DNA of 64,000 nt from Patescibacteria group bacterium (GTDB taxonomy: Bacteria; Patescibacteriota; Patescibacteriia; JACRDY01). The position numbers were made by a program, and so were the translations under genes. This document shows positions 31,223-41,625 of the stretch, piece by piece (positions within the stretch are counted from its first letter, which is position 1; the number at the start of each line of letters is the position of its first letter). The notes beneath the pieces were generated by a model, which had not been told where the DNA came from, ran no database searches, and saw nothing but the letters and a program-made list of their open reading frames with translations. Where the stretch lies: contig JBAZLA010000001.1 in NCBI GenBank assembly GCA_041650515.1, forward strand, positions 82,710 through 146,709, written 5' to 3'.

Positions 31223-31594
31223 TTACTTTTTACTTTTGTCTATTTTATTATTTAAATTATTAATTTCTCGCCAAAGCATGGCGCCGATCTCTCCTGCTAA
31301 CTTACAGACTAAATCGTAATCACTATTCTTTAAATAGCCCTCAACTAAAGAAAAATGCAACAAATATTTTGATTCCTTAAGCGAACCGTAGGAGCTCTCT
31401 AAAAAATTTAAGCGAATTAACGGCCGGCGACGGGCATACCCTTCAATATAGTTGAGAATAACCGACAGGGCGGCCCGCCTTAATTGAGAAACCGACCCAA
31501 AGAGTTCACTTTTAGGAAATAGACTGCTCAAGCGATAAGCCGAATGAACGTATTTATCCATCTTGATCTTCAAATTTTCCTGATACTCATTCAT
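31223..31594 (-). CDS. Four-helix-bundle protein (TIGR02436 / bAvd-like)
   Basis: FG..SQLRRAA.SV..N..EGY.R and GYL...DYD signature. The ORF track extends it upstream (to 31717) across a lysine-rich repeat-encoded stretch that overlaps rpsR. Confidence 0.55.
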   Translation of the reverse strand: MNEYQENLKIKMDKYVHSAYRLSSLFPKSELFGSVSQLRRAALSVILNYIEGYARRRPLIRLNFLESSYGSLKESKYLLHFSLVEGYLKNSDYDLVCKLAGEIGAMLWREINNLNNKIDKSKK

Positions 31595-31632
31595 ATTGTT
31601 TTCTGGCTTTTTTGCTTTCTTGTTTTCTTGAT

Positions 31633-31896
31633 CTACCGGCTGGTAAATGGCAAGATACACATCACCCGAGCGCGCTTGATAGCCATCGCTAGCTTCCGCT
31701 GATGAGTGGCGCAACAACCGCTCCGACGCTGAGGGGCAATTTTACCATAAGAGGAAATAAACCGACGTAGTAACTGAGCATCTTTGTAATCAATATCAGT
31801 GTAAGTATTGAGACAAAAATAACATTCCTTCTTCTCCGGCGCTTTTTCCTGTCGTTTGTTTGATCGATTGTTTGATCTAGTATTTGGTCTAGGCAT
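31633..31896 (-). CDS. rpsR: 30S ribosomal protein S18
   Basis: CYFC...IDYKD..LLRRFIS..GKI..RR.SG.CA..QRKLA.AIKRAR. Confidence 0.8.
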   Translation of the reverse strand: MPRPNTRSNNRSNKRQEKAPEKKECYFCLNTYTDIDYKDAQLLRRFISSYGKIAPQRRSGCCATHQRKLAMAIKRARVMCILPFTSR

Positions 31897-32039
31897 AATT
31901 TAGTCTGCGGGTCTTAGTACGCAGTCTGCAGGTGAGGTATGCCGTACTTAGGTATTAAACCCTACAGACTGCATACCGTGACCTGCCTACTGGATAAAAA
32001 CTCCACTAATATGAATTATTAATTGAAAGTTTTAGCAAG

Positions 32040-32474
32040 TTAAAAGGGGATATCTTCCACTTTAATTTCTTCTTCAATCACTTCGTCAGCTGGCGCGGCT
32101 TCAGCCTTGGGGGCTGGACTAAAAGTCGCGTTACTACCACTCTGACCAGCGCGATCGAGCATAATCATGTTGTCCAAAATAATCTCAGTGCGATAACGGC
32201 GAACGCCATCTTGGCCTTCCCAGTCGCGAGTCTGCAATCGACCTTCAACATAAACTTTGCTGCCCTTTTTTAGATACTGACCGCAGATCTCGGCTAGCTT
32301 TCGCCAAGCCACAATATTGTGGTACTCGGTTTTTTCTTGTCGCTGACCAGAGGCGTCTTTCCAGACAAAGCTGGTAGCAACGCTAAAAGAAACAGTCGCT
32401 GTCCCCTGTGGCGTAGTCCGCATCTCGGGGTCGCGGGTGAGGTTGCCAATGATCATGGCCTTGTTGAGATTCAT
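32040..32474 (-). CDS. ssb: Single-stranded DNA-binding protein
   Basis: OB-fold core (NKAMIIGNLTRDPE...) and C-terminal acidic tail ending in DIPF. Confidence 0.9.
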   Translation of the reverse strand: MNLNKAMIIGNLTRDPEMRTTPQGTATVSFSVATSFVWKDASGQRQEKTEYHNIVAWRKLAEICGQYLKKGSKVYVEGRLQTRDWEGQDGVRRYRTEIILDNMIMLDRAGQSGSNATFSPAPKAEAAPADEVIEEEIKVEDIPF

Positions 32475-32535
32475 ATTTTTTGCCTTTCGCTAGACCAACT
32501 AGTTGGATCGGTCGATCTAGCTAACTGGTCTTTAT

Positions 32536-33045
32536 TTATAAGATTGAATCGTCAATTAACTCATCCAGTTTTTTGTCCAAATCTTCTAGGCTCACCTTGC
32601 CTGGCTTCTCGGCTTCTTTTTTCTCTTCTTCTTTTTTATCGACTTTTTCTTCGGCGACGATCTCGGCTTTCAGCTTATCTTCGATCACCTTTAGCTCACG
32701 ATCTTTGCGTTCTTTCTCGGCAATCTTCTCCTCAGCGGTTTTTTCATGTTTGGCAACAATTAAATAACGTAATACCTCGGGAGCTAGTTTGAGAGAACCG
32801 TGCAATTTCTTCAGCTCTTCTGGTAATAAATTAAACTCACAGAGCCAATAATAACCGTGGAAAACTTGTTTGATAGCATAAGACAATTTTTTCTTGCCCA
32901 GATTCTCCTCCAAAGTTATCCGACCGTTATGCTCGGCTAAGATCCCTTTAATCTTATTGATTACGCCGGGCATCTCGTCATCGGTGTATTGCGCCGGAAT
33001 AATTGTCAACATCTCGTAGTGCTTTTGATTTTGCTCTTCGATCAT
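32536..33045 (-). CDS. rpsF: 30S ribosomal protein S6 with K/E-rich C-terminal extension
   Basis: S6 core (YEMLTII...KKKLSYAIK...GYYWLCEF). Part of the rpsF-ssb-rpsR operon. Confidence 0.8.
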   Translation of the reverse strand: MIEEQNQKHYEMLTIIPAQYTDDEMPGVINKIKGILAEHNGRITLEENLGKKKLSYAIKQVFHGYYWLCEFNLLPEELKKLHGSLKLAPEVLRYLIVAKHEKTAEEKIAEKERKDRELKVIEDKLKAEIVAEEKVDKKEEEKKEAEKPGKVSLEDLDKKLDELIDDSIL

Positions 33046-33327
33046 AATATAATTTGATTATTAATTATCTAAACTTTTTATTAATAAGATCTAAAAAACT
33101 CCCCAGTGTTCTATGGGAAGCTAAAATAAGCCCTCAGAACACCTTTAATTTACTCGCATATTGCTGTAAATTTAGCCAAATTTGGCCAGTGGAAAAGGTA
33201 GGTTCAAGTTGAATAACCCTAGATTATCACACTCAAGCAGATTTTTCAAGGGTCCCGTAGCGACAATTTATGAATTGCCGCTACCTTTTGTTTTCTTGTT
33301 TTTTGGCTTTCTTGTTATAATACCCCC

Positions 33328-34512
33328 ATGCTATATTATTTTATTCTCGGCAAAAATCCAACCCTGTCCACCTTGGAAATCACCGCTTGGCTCAAAAAAG
33401 AAAAGTGGGAATTTAAAATAAACCAAAATTCCGCCGAAGTTTTGTTAATGGAGATTAAAACCCCATTTGAACCAGCTAAGCTACTCGACCAGCTTGGTGG
33501 CACAATCAAAATCGGCCGGGTGCTAACTGAGGCCGAAATCAACAAAATCACCCCAGAGCTGATAGCGAGTCAGCTCACCCCAGTCGCCGGCAAATTCCAT
33601 TTTGGTTTTTCTACCTATACTCTAGCTAAATCTAACTTCCACCTACCCAAAAACTTTGGTCTAGAAGTTAAACGTCTACTAAAAGAAAAAAACATCTCCT
33701 GCCGCTTAGTTACCTCCAAAGAAAAAAATCTCTCCTCGGTGGTTGTCCAAACCAATAATCTACTCAAGAACGGTGCGGAGATTTGTCTCTTAACTGACTG
33801 GGACAAAGTTTATATTGGGCAAACTCTAACAATCCAAAAATTCGCTGAGTATTCTCAGTTCGATTATGGCCGCCCGGGCCGCGATGCCCACTCCGGCATG
33901 TTGCCACCAAAAATTGCTAAAATGATGATCAACTTAGCCCAGCTGCCGACATCAGCTATAATACTCGACCCCTTCTGTGGCAGCGGCACTATTTTGCAGC
34001 AAGCTAGCTTGATGGGTTACCAAAACTTAGTCGGCTCGGATATCTCAGCTAAGGCAACCGTTGACACTCAAAAAAATTTTGAATTTACTAATAGCCCCGA
34101 ACCGACTCTTTATCAACTTGATTCCCGAACACTCTCCACTAGGCTCAAACCAAAATCGACTGTCGCTATTATAACCGAGCCTTATCTTGGTCCCACGCTT
34201 GGCGGCCACGAACCAATGTCTAAAATTAAAAAAATTATTAGTGAACTATCAGACCTCTATTTAAAATCATTTATTGAGTTTAAAAAAATTCTCCAACCAG
34301 GCGGTCGAGTGATTATTATTTTCCCAATCATCAATGGCCTGCCAGCAATGAATAATGAACAGCTAGAGCAAATTCAAAAATTAGGTTTTAAAAATACTCT
34401 CGAAATACCAGCCGAGCTGAATAATCTAACCATTACCCCTCGCCACTCCATTATTTATGCTCGCCCCGACCAAAAAGTGCAGCGGGAAATCTTTGTCTTT
34501 ACTCAAAAATAA
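33328..34512 (+). CDS. THUMP-domain RNA methyltransferase (Trm11/RlmL-like, N2-guanine class)
   Basis: N-terminal THUMP-like region, then DPFCGSGTI motif I and a D.S motif of UPF0020 methylases. Confidence 0.6.
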   Translation: MLYYFILGKNPTLSTLEITAWLKKEKWEFKINQNSAEVLLMEIKTPFEPAKLLDQLGGTIKIGRVLTEAEINKITPELIASQLTPVAGKFHFGFSTYTLAKSNFHLPKNFGLEVKRLLKEKNISCRLVTSKEKNLSSVVVQTNNLLKNGAEICLLTDWDKVYIGQTLTIQKFAEYSQFDYGRPGRDAHSGMLPPKIAKMMINLAQLPTSAIILDPFCGSGTILQQASLMGYQNLVGSDISAKATVDTQKNFEFTNSPEPTLYQLDSRTLSTRLKPKSTVAIITEPYLGPTLGGHEPMSKIKKIISELSDLYLKSFIEFKKILQPGGRVIIIFPIINGLPAMNNEQLEQIQKLGFKNTLEIPAELNNLTITPRHSIIYARPDQKVQREIFVFTQK

Positions 34513-34592
34513 GTAAGGGCAATTCATGCCTGCCCGCCTCTGGTGGGAATTGCCCCAACAAAAAAAGCCGACCTCGCTGGTCAGTTTTTATT

Positions 34593-34759
34593 CTGTCATC
34601 CCGAGCTGACCTCGAGCGACCCTGAGCAAAGTGAAGGGAAGTCGAGAGGGAAGTCGAGGGATCTAATCTAAGGTACCAGCCAAAGTTTAATGTTGTTTTA
34701 GATTCCTCCACTCGTCCCGTAAAGGTGCTTCGCGCCCACGGGACTCGGTCGGAATGACA
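34593..34759. repeat. Family-B repeat (tgtcatcccgag ... ctcggtcggaatgaca subtype)
   Basis: Inverted termini. Internal gagggatctaa...tagattcctccactcg shared with copies at 41626 and 52407. Confidence 0.7.
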
Positions 34760-34769
34760 AACAAAAAAT

Positions 34770-34815
34770 GCCCTAAAATAAAAAAAGGAGGCTGATGGCG
34801 CAAGTGCCGGCCTCC
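34770..34815 (-). terminator. Rho-independent terminator (minus strand)
   Basis: ggaggccggcacttgcgccatcagcctcc followed by a T7 run on the minus strand. Confidence 0.65.
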
Positions 34816-34854
34816 GTAAATGACCATTTGGGGCTGGTCAAAGCCCTGCCGTGT

Positions 34855-35298
34855 TCAGTCGGCGCGGACGTCTTCCCGGCCCGGGAAAAACTTGAGCTCC
34901 GAGGGCACAGAAAGTGTCGGCGTCACGATGGTGGTCATAAACCCAAACTGCCGGCTCTTGGCGATGTGCCGGGCGATGAAGTACATCATCGCCGAATTGA
35001 ACTGGCTGGCCAGTTCCGCCAGCTTGTCTTCCGGCACGGGTACTTCCTCGGTGTGGAGTTCGACCCAGACCATCGCCTGTTCGCCGTGGTCGCCGAGACT
35101 GACGATCGGCGGATCGACACAGATGTCTTCCGCCTTGCACGGCATTTCCACAACATCGTTGCCCTGATCGTCATCAACCATGGCGAAGATGTCGTTGGTC
35201 TCGATCAGCGTCCTGGCCAGGCCCCCCAGCTCATGGGGGCGGTGTACCAGACCGGTATCACGCGCCGCAATGCTGGACATACGAATTACGATACGCAT
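34855..35298 (-). CDS. Acidic hypothetical protein (147 aa) in a GC-rich island
   Basis: AAGGAGGAAACC-ATG. Plausible composition. The overlapping plus-strand 215-aa ORF is R/H-rich antisense noise. Confidence 0.5.
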   Translation of the reverse strand: MRIVIRMSSIAARDTGLVHRPHELGGLARTLIETNDIFAMVDDDQGNDVVEMPCKAEDICVDPPIVSLGDHGEQAMVWVELHTEEVPVPEDKLAELASQFNSAMMYFIARHIAKSRQFGFMTTIVTPTLSVPSELKFFPGREDVRAD

Positions 35299-35640
35299 TG
35301 GTTTCCTCCTTGGTTATCACATTTCGACCACCTGAAATCAAACTCTCAAGCCATTGCTGGCTCAATTATCCGACTCCGCCTAAAAAACCCGGAAAAAAGT
35401 AGCCCTATTTACTCTTTTCCCGCTCTTTTAGGTACTAATTGAGAGCGTTGAATAATTATGAAACGCTCTCATCCTGAGCAAAGCGAAGGATCTCTTACGG
35501 TTTGACTACCACGATAATCACTTAGCTCGGTATGAGATAATTAAATCATTCAATAGTTAAAATTAGGAACTTTAGACCTTAACATATTTTCCATTATCTG
35601 TCAACAATTCTCTTTGCCCAAGGAAAATATTACCATCTTC

Positions 35641-35720
35641 CTCCCCTTACCAAGGGGAGGGTTGGGGTGGGGTCGTCCCTCCCCTTACCAAGGGGAGGGC
35701 AGGGTGGGGTTGCCGGGGAA
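35641..35720. repeat. Tandem direct repeat, 2 x 40 bp, each with hairpin ctcccc-ttaccaa-ggggag
   Basis: cctccccttaccaaggggagggttggggtggggtcgtc repeated twice, then the terminator-like ggccgggaaactgatcggcc. Confidence 0.6.
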
Positions 35721-35810
35721 ATAAAAAAGGCCGGGAAACTGATCGGCCCATGGGGCTTAGCAGCGCCCGGCGAGATTAGATCACGATGACGCAATTACTG
35801 CCCCTCCTTC

Positions 35811-36023
35811 CTACCGATGTTTTGGTACCGGTCCGTCAGCAAACATTAGCCAAAAGAAAGGTAATAAACAAATTGCCCCTCCCATTTTGGCCATCTCGCG
35901 ACCGCCATTATATGCCCAGCGGCTAAGGCGCCAGAGCGTCAGCCAATAAAGCACATAAAGCGTCGGCGGCGGTAAGATAATCAACCAGTACACCCAGTAA
36001 TTGGTAAAGACATCTGTCTTCAT
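35811..36023 (-). CDS. Small hydrophobic protein (about 70 aa), GC-rich
   Basis: GGGGGGAGCT-ATG start. Two predicted transmembrane segments. Confidence 0.3.
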   Translation of the reverse strand: MKTDVFTNYWVYWLIILPPPTLYVLYWLTLWRLSRWAYNGGREMAKMGGAICLLPFFWLMFADGPVPKHR

Positions 36024-36135
36024 AGCTCCCCCCAAGTTAGAAGACCCTACTTATATTGTAGCCCCTTTAAAAAGAAAAAGAAGAGACAGTTTCTAATCTT
36101 GTCGATAATATTCAAAAAAAACAAAATACTAGATA

Positions 36136-36325
36136 CCCCTGGGGTCTGGGGCGAATATGGCGCCAAGTCCCGCTCCAACCTTTCTTGATTACGCCGAGGG
36201 GTGGGACGGGTAAATCCGTAGGCGGATTAACAATGAATTGCGCCTTATAAGCCCCAGGGCTTTTTTGCCCGCCTAGACTCGCTAGGCGAGGCTGGCTACT
36301 TTTTTAGTCATAAAAAAGTAGACAA
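36136..36325 (+). repeat. Family-A structured repeat, copy 1
   Basis: Closing stem ccctggggtctgggg...gccccaggg followed by a T6 run. Conserved blocks are ggcgccaagtcccgc, ttgattacgcc and gggacgggtaaa. It ends with a covarying palindrome ctactttttta-gtca-taaaaaagtag. Confidence 0.6.
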
Positions 36326-36526
36326 CTTCATAGACGGGAGAGGAATCCCTCCGCTCGGATTTCACCCCGAGCCCTTCGGCGGAGTTCATCAACAAACTGA
36401 TTCTTCGCCTCGCCCTGCGGGCTCGCTCAGAATGATGAAATAAAAGAAAACAAAAAAACCACCAATATCCTATCCGCGGCTTTTTTATTCTTAATGATGT
36501 TCCTATCCTCCTACCGTCCTATCCTC

Positions 36527-37615
36527 CTAATTACTAAACCTAAAATAAACCGTATCCCCATCTTGCACTACATAGTCTTTACCCTCGAGGCGGACCAGAC
36601 CGCGCTCTTTACAACCCGCTTCACCGTATTGAACAAAATCCTGCCAATTGCAAACTTCCGCCCGGATAAAACCTTGCTGGATATCCGTGTGAATTTTCCC
36701 CGCGGCCTCGGGCGCCTTAGCTCCCCGCGTCACGGTCCAAGCGCGCGTTTCGTCTGGACCAGTAGTCAGGAAAGTAATTAAATTCAAAATCTGATAACTT
36801 TTTTTGATCAATTTATCCAAACCGCTTTCATTCATGCCTAATTCTTTGAGATACTCCTTTCTTTCCTCATCATCTAGCTCTGCCAACTCCGCTTCAATTT
36901 TGGCTGAGATACAAACCACTCGCTCTGGATCAAGGCCTTCTAGTACGGGCAGGGCAGTGCCCTGCCCCCTACCCACCGCTGATTCGTCAACATTCATCAC
37001 ATAAATCACCGGCTTGTTGGTCAATAAATTCAAATCATGCAACGACTTTTTTTCTTCCTCATTTAAACCCAAATCGCTGACTAATTTACCCTGATTCAAA
37101 CCATCTTTAACGCGATTAACCAATTCAATATTAAATTCATCTTCTTTACTCGCGCCGCTCTTGGCTTTTTTATTTAATTCCGATAACCGGTGGGACACCG
37201 TTTCCAGATCTTTAATTGCTAACTCAGTATTAATCGTGGCAATATCCGACTGCGGGTCAACCTTATTATTAACGTGAATAATATTGGGATCAAAAAAATC
37301 GCGCACCACTTGGACAATCGCGTCCACCTCGCGAATATTAGCCAAAAATTTATTGCCTAGTCCTTCGCCAACGCTGGCGCCTTTGACCAATCCGGCGATA
37401 TCCACAAACTCAATCACCGTCGGCACAATTTTGGCTGACTTGGCCACCATGGCTAATTTTTCCAGCCGTTCGTCCGGCACCGCCACCACGCCAACGTTTG
37501 GTTCGATGGTGCAAAAAGGATAATTAGCAATATCAATTTGTTTTTTGGTCAGCGCTTTAAATAACGTTGATTTACCAACGTTGGGCAGGCCGACAATTCC
37601 GATGGCCAAAGACAT
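36527..37615 (-). CDS. ychF: Ribosome-binding ATPase YchF
   Basis: GIVGLPNVGKSTLF, NxxD, and a C-terminal TGS domain. The ORF track extends it upstream to 37672. Confidence 0.85.
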   Translation of the reverse strand: MSLAIGIVGLPNVGKSTLFKALTKKQIDIANYPFCTIEPNVGVVAVPDERLEKLAMVAKSAKIVPTVIEFVDIAGLVKGASVGEGLGNKFLANIREVDAIVQVVRDFFDPNIIHVNNKVDPQSDIATINTELAIKDLETVSHRLSELNKKAKSGASKEDEFNIELVNRVKDGLNQGKLVSDLGLNEEEKKSLHDLNLLTNKPVIYVMNVDESAVGRGQGTALPVLEGLDPERVVCISAKIEAELAELDDEERKEYLKELGMNESGLDKLIKKSYQILNLITFLTTGPDETRAWTVTRGAKAPEAAGKIHTDIQQGFIRAEVCNWQDFVQYGEAGCKERGLVRLEGKDYVVQDGDTVYFRFSN

Positions 37616-37626
37616 AAATAATAATT

Positions 37627-39315
37627 TTAATCGCTTAGAATTCTCCAGCCAGAAACAGTATAATGCTGCCAAATATAATTATCTGCTCCTTTTTCTTCCC
37701 GTTGTTTTTTCAGCCAATCTTCAACTGCAAACCAGTTGATGCCTTCTTCTTCTGTTGGACAGAATTTTGCATCCCAAACACTTTCGGTAGTAGACATCAT
37801 CTCACCATTATAAAGTTGCTTTTGAACTATTTCTTGTCTGTAATTTTTGTACCAACAGCTCCAATGGGCTAACTCAATACGCTTATAACCTTCCGCCTCA
37901 AAACCATTCACCCATTTATTTATTTCCGGCTCCAGTCTGGAAATCTGTTCATAAGCATCGGCCGAGAAACTATGTAAATATTCAATGTCTAATTCTGTGG
38001 TCTGATCAGCCAGATAACGGTCAATGTTAGTCTTGGCGATTTTAGCTTCCATATTTATGCCGGTCATAAACATCAAATAAATAATGGAGATAACCAAACC
38101 CGCTTTGACATAAGAATGATAATTCTTCTTGGCTAAACTAAAGACGGCCAAAGTGATCAGAATCAGGGCGAGATAAATGATAAAATGCCAAACTAAAAAT
38201 CGGAGATGTGTCAGGCCATAGACTTCTTGATAAAGCCACAGACGCTTGAGAGCGGAAGCCACGATCACCATGGTTTGCAGAATAAAAACCAAGATTAATA
38301 TCACCACCCGATCAACCTCATGATTTTCTTTTTTTCTATAGATAATGTAGCTGATCAGCAAAACTAAAGCGGTAACAAAAGCCAGCTGAAAAAATCCTTG
38401 ATGAACATACTCGGCGTAAGTGATGCCCCGTTGAGTGATAATCTCGTGACCGCCGAAAAAAAACATCATCTGAGCCATGATAAAAGTCAGAAAGAATAAA
38501 TTTAAAATCACCAAAAAAACCGTCGTGACTAGATTATCTTTAGACAAAGTATCGCCGGCAGAGGTTTCTGTCGCTAAATTTTTGGCATGATCTTCTTTGA
38601 ACCGAGGCTGAGACGCAAAAGCATAAAATATTCCACCAGCAAATAACAAGACCAACAAGTCTCTAAAAACTTCCCCGATTAGACGTTCGTCCAGTTTAAA
38701 GTCAAAAATACTTGTTACCCATTCTCTATATAATAAATCAGCTTCAATAAATAACGAGCCAAAAATAAAAATAAAGGGAACGCTGATCAAAATAGCCAGG
38801 ATAATTTTTTTAGTGGTTTCCTCTTTTTTGGAACCAGCCTGACTTTTAATAATTCCTTTCCAGGGTGCGGTGATTTTCGCCAGCCAATAGCTGACAAAAA
38901 TCAAAATTTCTTTAGGAAAAATTGATCTTACTTTTTTGAGCGGATAGTGCTCCGGCGCTAGCCAGAAAAGTAGCAAAACAGTCAAAAAAATACTGGCCAA
39001 AGGCGCGACAACATGAACAAAAGCATTCTCATAAACAAAAACCGACCCGGCATACCAAAGAATAGGCAGACAAAACCACATCGGCCAGAGAGTAACTAGA
39101 GACTTGGTGTTAACTAGTCTAAGAATTAGAATAATAAAGATAAACAGAGCGACAAATAGAAAAAAATTAAGGCCTAATTGGTTGCCCGTGTCTATGATGG
39201 GAAACAAAAGGTGGCAAGCAACAGCCGTCATCAAAGCCATTAAAGCGATAACATAATTGTTGATTCGAGTCATATAAACATATTTAATACTACATTTAAT
39301 TATTTGACGGTTCAA
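37627..39315 (-). CDS. Large polytopic membrane protein (about 12 transmembrane segments) with C-terminal soluble domain
   Basis: Hydrophobicity pattern only. No catalytic motif recognised. Confidence 0.45.
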   Translation of the reverse strand: MNRQIIKCSIKYVYMTRINNYVIALMALMTAVACHLLFPIIDTGNQLGLNFFLFVALFIFIILILRLVNTKSLVTLWPMWFCLPILWYAGSVFVYENAFVHVVAPLASIFLTVLLLFWLAPEHYPLKKVRSIFPKEILIFVSYWLAKITAPWKGIIKSQAGSKKEETTKKIILAILISVPFIFIFGSLFIEADLLYREWVTSIFDFKLDERLIGEVFRDLLVLLFAGGIFYAFASQPRFKEDHAKNLATETSAGDTLSKDNLVTTVFLVILNLFFLTFIMAQMMFFFGGHEIITQRGITYAEYVHQGFFQLAFVTALVLLISYIIYRKKENHEVDRVVILILVFILQTMVIVASALKRLWLYQEVYGLTHLRFLVWHFIIYLALILITLAVFSLAKKNYHSYVKAGLVISIIYLMFMTGINMEAKIAKTNIDRYLADQTTELDIEYLHSFSADAYEQISRLEPEINKWVNGFEAEGYKRIELAHWSCWYKNYRQEIVQKQLYNGEMMSTTESVWDAKFCPTEEEGINWFAVEDWLKKQREEKGADNYIWQHYTVSGWRILSD

Positions 39316-40351
39316 CCGTTAGACCCAACCTTTGCTTGACCCGTGTCAAAGTATAATCAACATCCTTCACCGTTGCTCCCTTACTCGTGCCCCAGATTTT
39401 AGTGCCCAGTTCTAAATTAACTACATTGAAGCGACTATCGGCCACTTTACTATTTTTGACCAGAAAGTCAACCAAATCCAACCATTTTTCTTTTTCCTCA
39501 ACTGGCTGACCCAATAAACCGGCATGATTATCACCTTGATAAAATAATAAGATACTCAAGATATCGGCGATGAAAAACCGATGTTGGCGGCCAAGGGCTA
39601 TTGGTCGAGCCAGATAACCTATTGCTGGCACAGTAATATGGAGATAATTAATCAATGGTAATAAATTATTTTTGATCAAATCGGCTTTTATTTTCTGGTA
39701 ATCACCATAATAGCAAACTAAACTATGAGCCAAATCAAACGTTAGGCCAACGCTATCAAGACTTTTTAACTGCGAAAAAAATTCGCCAAAATCATTTAAA
39801 TCTGAGCCAAGTTCATAATAACCATTAGCAAACCGAGGTAAACTTTCAAAATTAATAATTACCCTTTTAGCTTGAGTCAGAGGCGCAATCTCGTTTATGA
39901 CCTGTGCTAAACGCGCCAGCTCGGCTTTTTTATCACCCCGGCTGTGACCGATATGGAGTGTCAGGATAGATGGATACTTTTGATCATCAACTTGACCAAT
40001 CTGCGCTAGTTGACTAGTTAAATCAATCTGATCCGCAATTAGTGCTAGACTAGTTTTTGATTCTTGAGCATAGTTAATCCGATTAAACTGAAAATCAAAA
40101 TCGGTCAAACCATGCAGTCGGATGCCATGAGTGCCATTAGTTAATGGCATTCGATGATTAATATAGGTCTGCAAAAATTTTGCCACTCGTTGTGGCTTTA
40201 ATTGCAAAGTAGGCCAATCAATCACCGGCCGACCAACAAAAGGCCGTGGTTCCACTCCGCTGATTTGCGCTAAAATCTGAGGCACACGCCTAGATATCAA
40301 TGAATAAAGCTGAAGTGATTTATAGGTTGACGAGGGTAAAATAATATTCAT
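39296..40351 (-). CDS. Hypothetical protein, possibly TIM-barrel (weak UvdE/xylose-isomerase-like motifs)
   Basis: LHIGHS..D, FDLAHS and NYLHIT resemble the metal-binding motifs of UV-damage endonuclease / AP-endonuclease-2 folds. The resemblance is weak. Confidence 0.3.
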   Translation of the reverse strand: MNIILPSSTYKSLQLYSLISRRVPQILAQISGVEPRPFVGRPVIDWPTLQLKPQRVAKFLQTYINHRMPLTNGTHGIRLHGLTDFDFQFNRINYAQESKTSLALIADQIDLTSQLAQIGQVDDQKYPSILTLHIGHSRGDKKAELARLAQVINEIAPLTQAKRVIINFESLPRFANGYYELGSDLNDFGEFFSQLKSLDSVGLTFDLAHSLVCYYGDYQKIKADLIKNNLLPLINYLHITVPAIGYLARPIALGRQHRFFIADILSILLFYQGDNHAGLLGQPVEEKEKWLDLVDFLVKNSKVADSRFNVVNLELGTKIWGTSKGATVKDVDYTLTRVKQRLGLTVEPSNN

Positions 40352-40401
40352 ATTGGTCTATATTGTAACTGACTTCCAATAAAAACAAAAGTTTATACTA
40401 A

Positions 40402-41166
40402 CTACTCAATTGACTTCGAACTAATTCCCCACAAAAATTCAAACAGCTGCTTGAGGCTAAACGCCAAATCGGGTGAAAAAATAATAAAAGCAGCGTTCTC
40501 CTTGGAAGTAGAGATTACCCCAATATTATTTTCATAAACATAAATACTGGATTGAAGATCAACATATTCTGGTAAATATTTTATCTGCCGCAGATATTCT
40601 TGTTCTTGCACAAAAACAGCCGGGATATCAATCGATTTAGATTTTATTCTGAGCGAACGGCATTTCAAACCCTTGCTAACGCGCCTCTTGACCCAGCTCT
40701 CCATCCACTTAGGATCAACGGTCTGCAAAGTCAATTGCGGCGGCGAGAAATAAACGTATTCCTTTTTAGTCGTGGCCAAGATATCTTCATAAACTTCACG
40801 AGCGGAAAAAGGACCACTATGTATTTGGACAAATGGCTTTTTGTTTTTAGCAGCGTAGATAGCCAAAAAATCCGGCAATAAATCCTTTAATTGCTCTTTC
40901 TGGTGCTCAACCTTTTTGTAGAGCTCTTTAGGATGAGTCGGAATGAAAATCTTCCTTTTACCCTGCAGAATTGAGGTAATGTAGCCTCGTTCAGCTAAAA
41001 CCCGCAAATTATCGTAAATAGCGGTCCGACCCAGCTTTAAATCAACCGCTAATTCATAGGCGGTCGCTTCGCCGCGACTAAGCGCGGCCAAATAAATTTG
41101 GGCTCTTTGTTCGTCTAAACCAGTGGCTAAAAGCCAAGCCAAAAGATTGTTATTCATATATTTCAA
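40402..41166 (-). CDS. TrmB-family transcriptional regulator
   Basis: N-terminal winged helix-turn-helix (QIYLAALSRGEATAYELAVDLKLGRTAIYDNLRVLAERGYI) plus a C-terminal TrmB-like domain. Confidence 0.6.
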   Translation of the reverse strand: MKYMNNNLLAWLLATGLDEQRAQIYLAALSRGEATAYELAVDLKLGRTAIYDNLRVLAERGYITSILQGKRKIFIPTHPKELYKKVEHQKEQLKDLLPDFLAIYAAKNKKPFVQIHSGPFSAREVYEDILATTKKEYVYFSPPQLTLQTVDPKWMESWVKRRVSKGLKCRSLRIKSKSIDIPAVFVQEQEYLRQIKYLPEYVDLQSSIYVYENNIGVISTSKENAAFIIFSPDLAFSLKQLFEFLWGISSKSIE

Positions 41167-41625
41167 TTATTTTTGACAAAATTACTGTTTATTTATGTCT
41201 AAATTAAGCCAAATATATACTCCTATCGCCTATTATTTAAATATATTTTACCAAATATCCAGCTTTTAGTATAGTCAAATTAGTAAAGTAATTTTTAAAA
41301 TAAACACGGTCTGATTAAAACCTAAGAATATGAACGCAATTCATTCGCCTAAAATCCAATTCTTTACCTATATGAGCTCGCCTAGGCGGCAGAAGTCGCG
41401 CTGATTTTTATGGTTGGGTGTGTCCGAAGCCCTAAATAATAGATCCGCCTTCTGCTGGCGATTTTTTGTTGCCTCGGAAACATCCTAACAATCATTTAAG
41501 TGTTAAGCCATTGGCACCAACACTCACTCAGGGGGGGACAATAAAAACAAGAATTTATTCTGGGAGATGAGACAGCCATCATCTCCCTCTTTTTTTCTAA
41601 ACTAAAGAGACCTATATTTATTCAC

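Noticed and set aside
31223-31717. Diversity-generating retroelement implied by the bAvd-like four-helix-bundle gene
   Set aside because: No reverse-transcriptase motifs (YxDD) in any frame in the window, and no template/variable repeat pair with A-specific mismatches.
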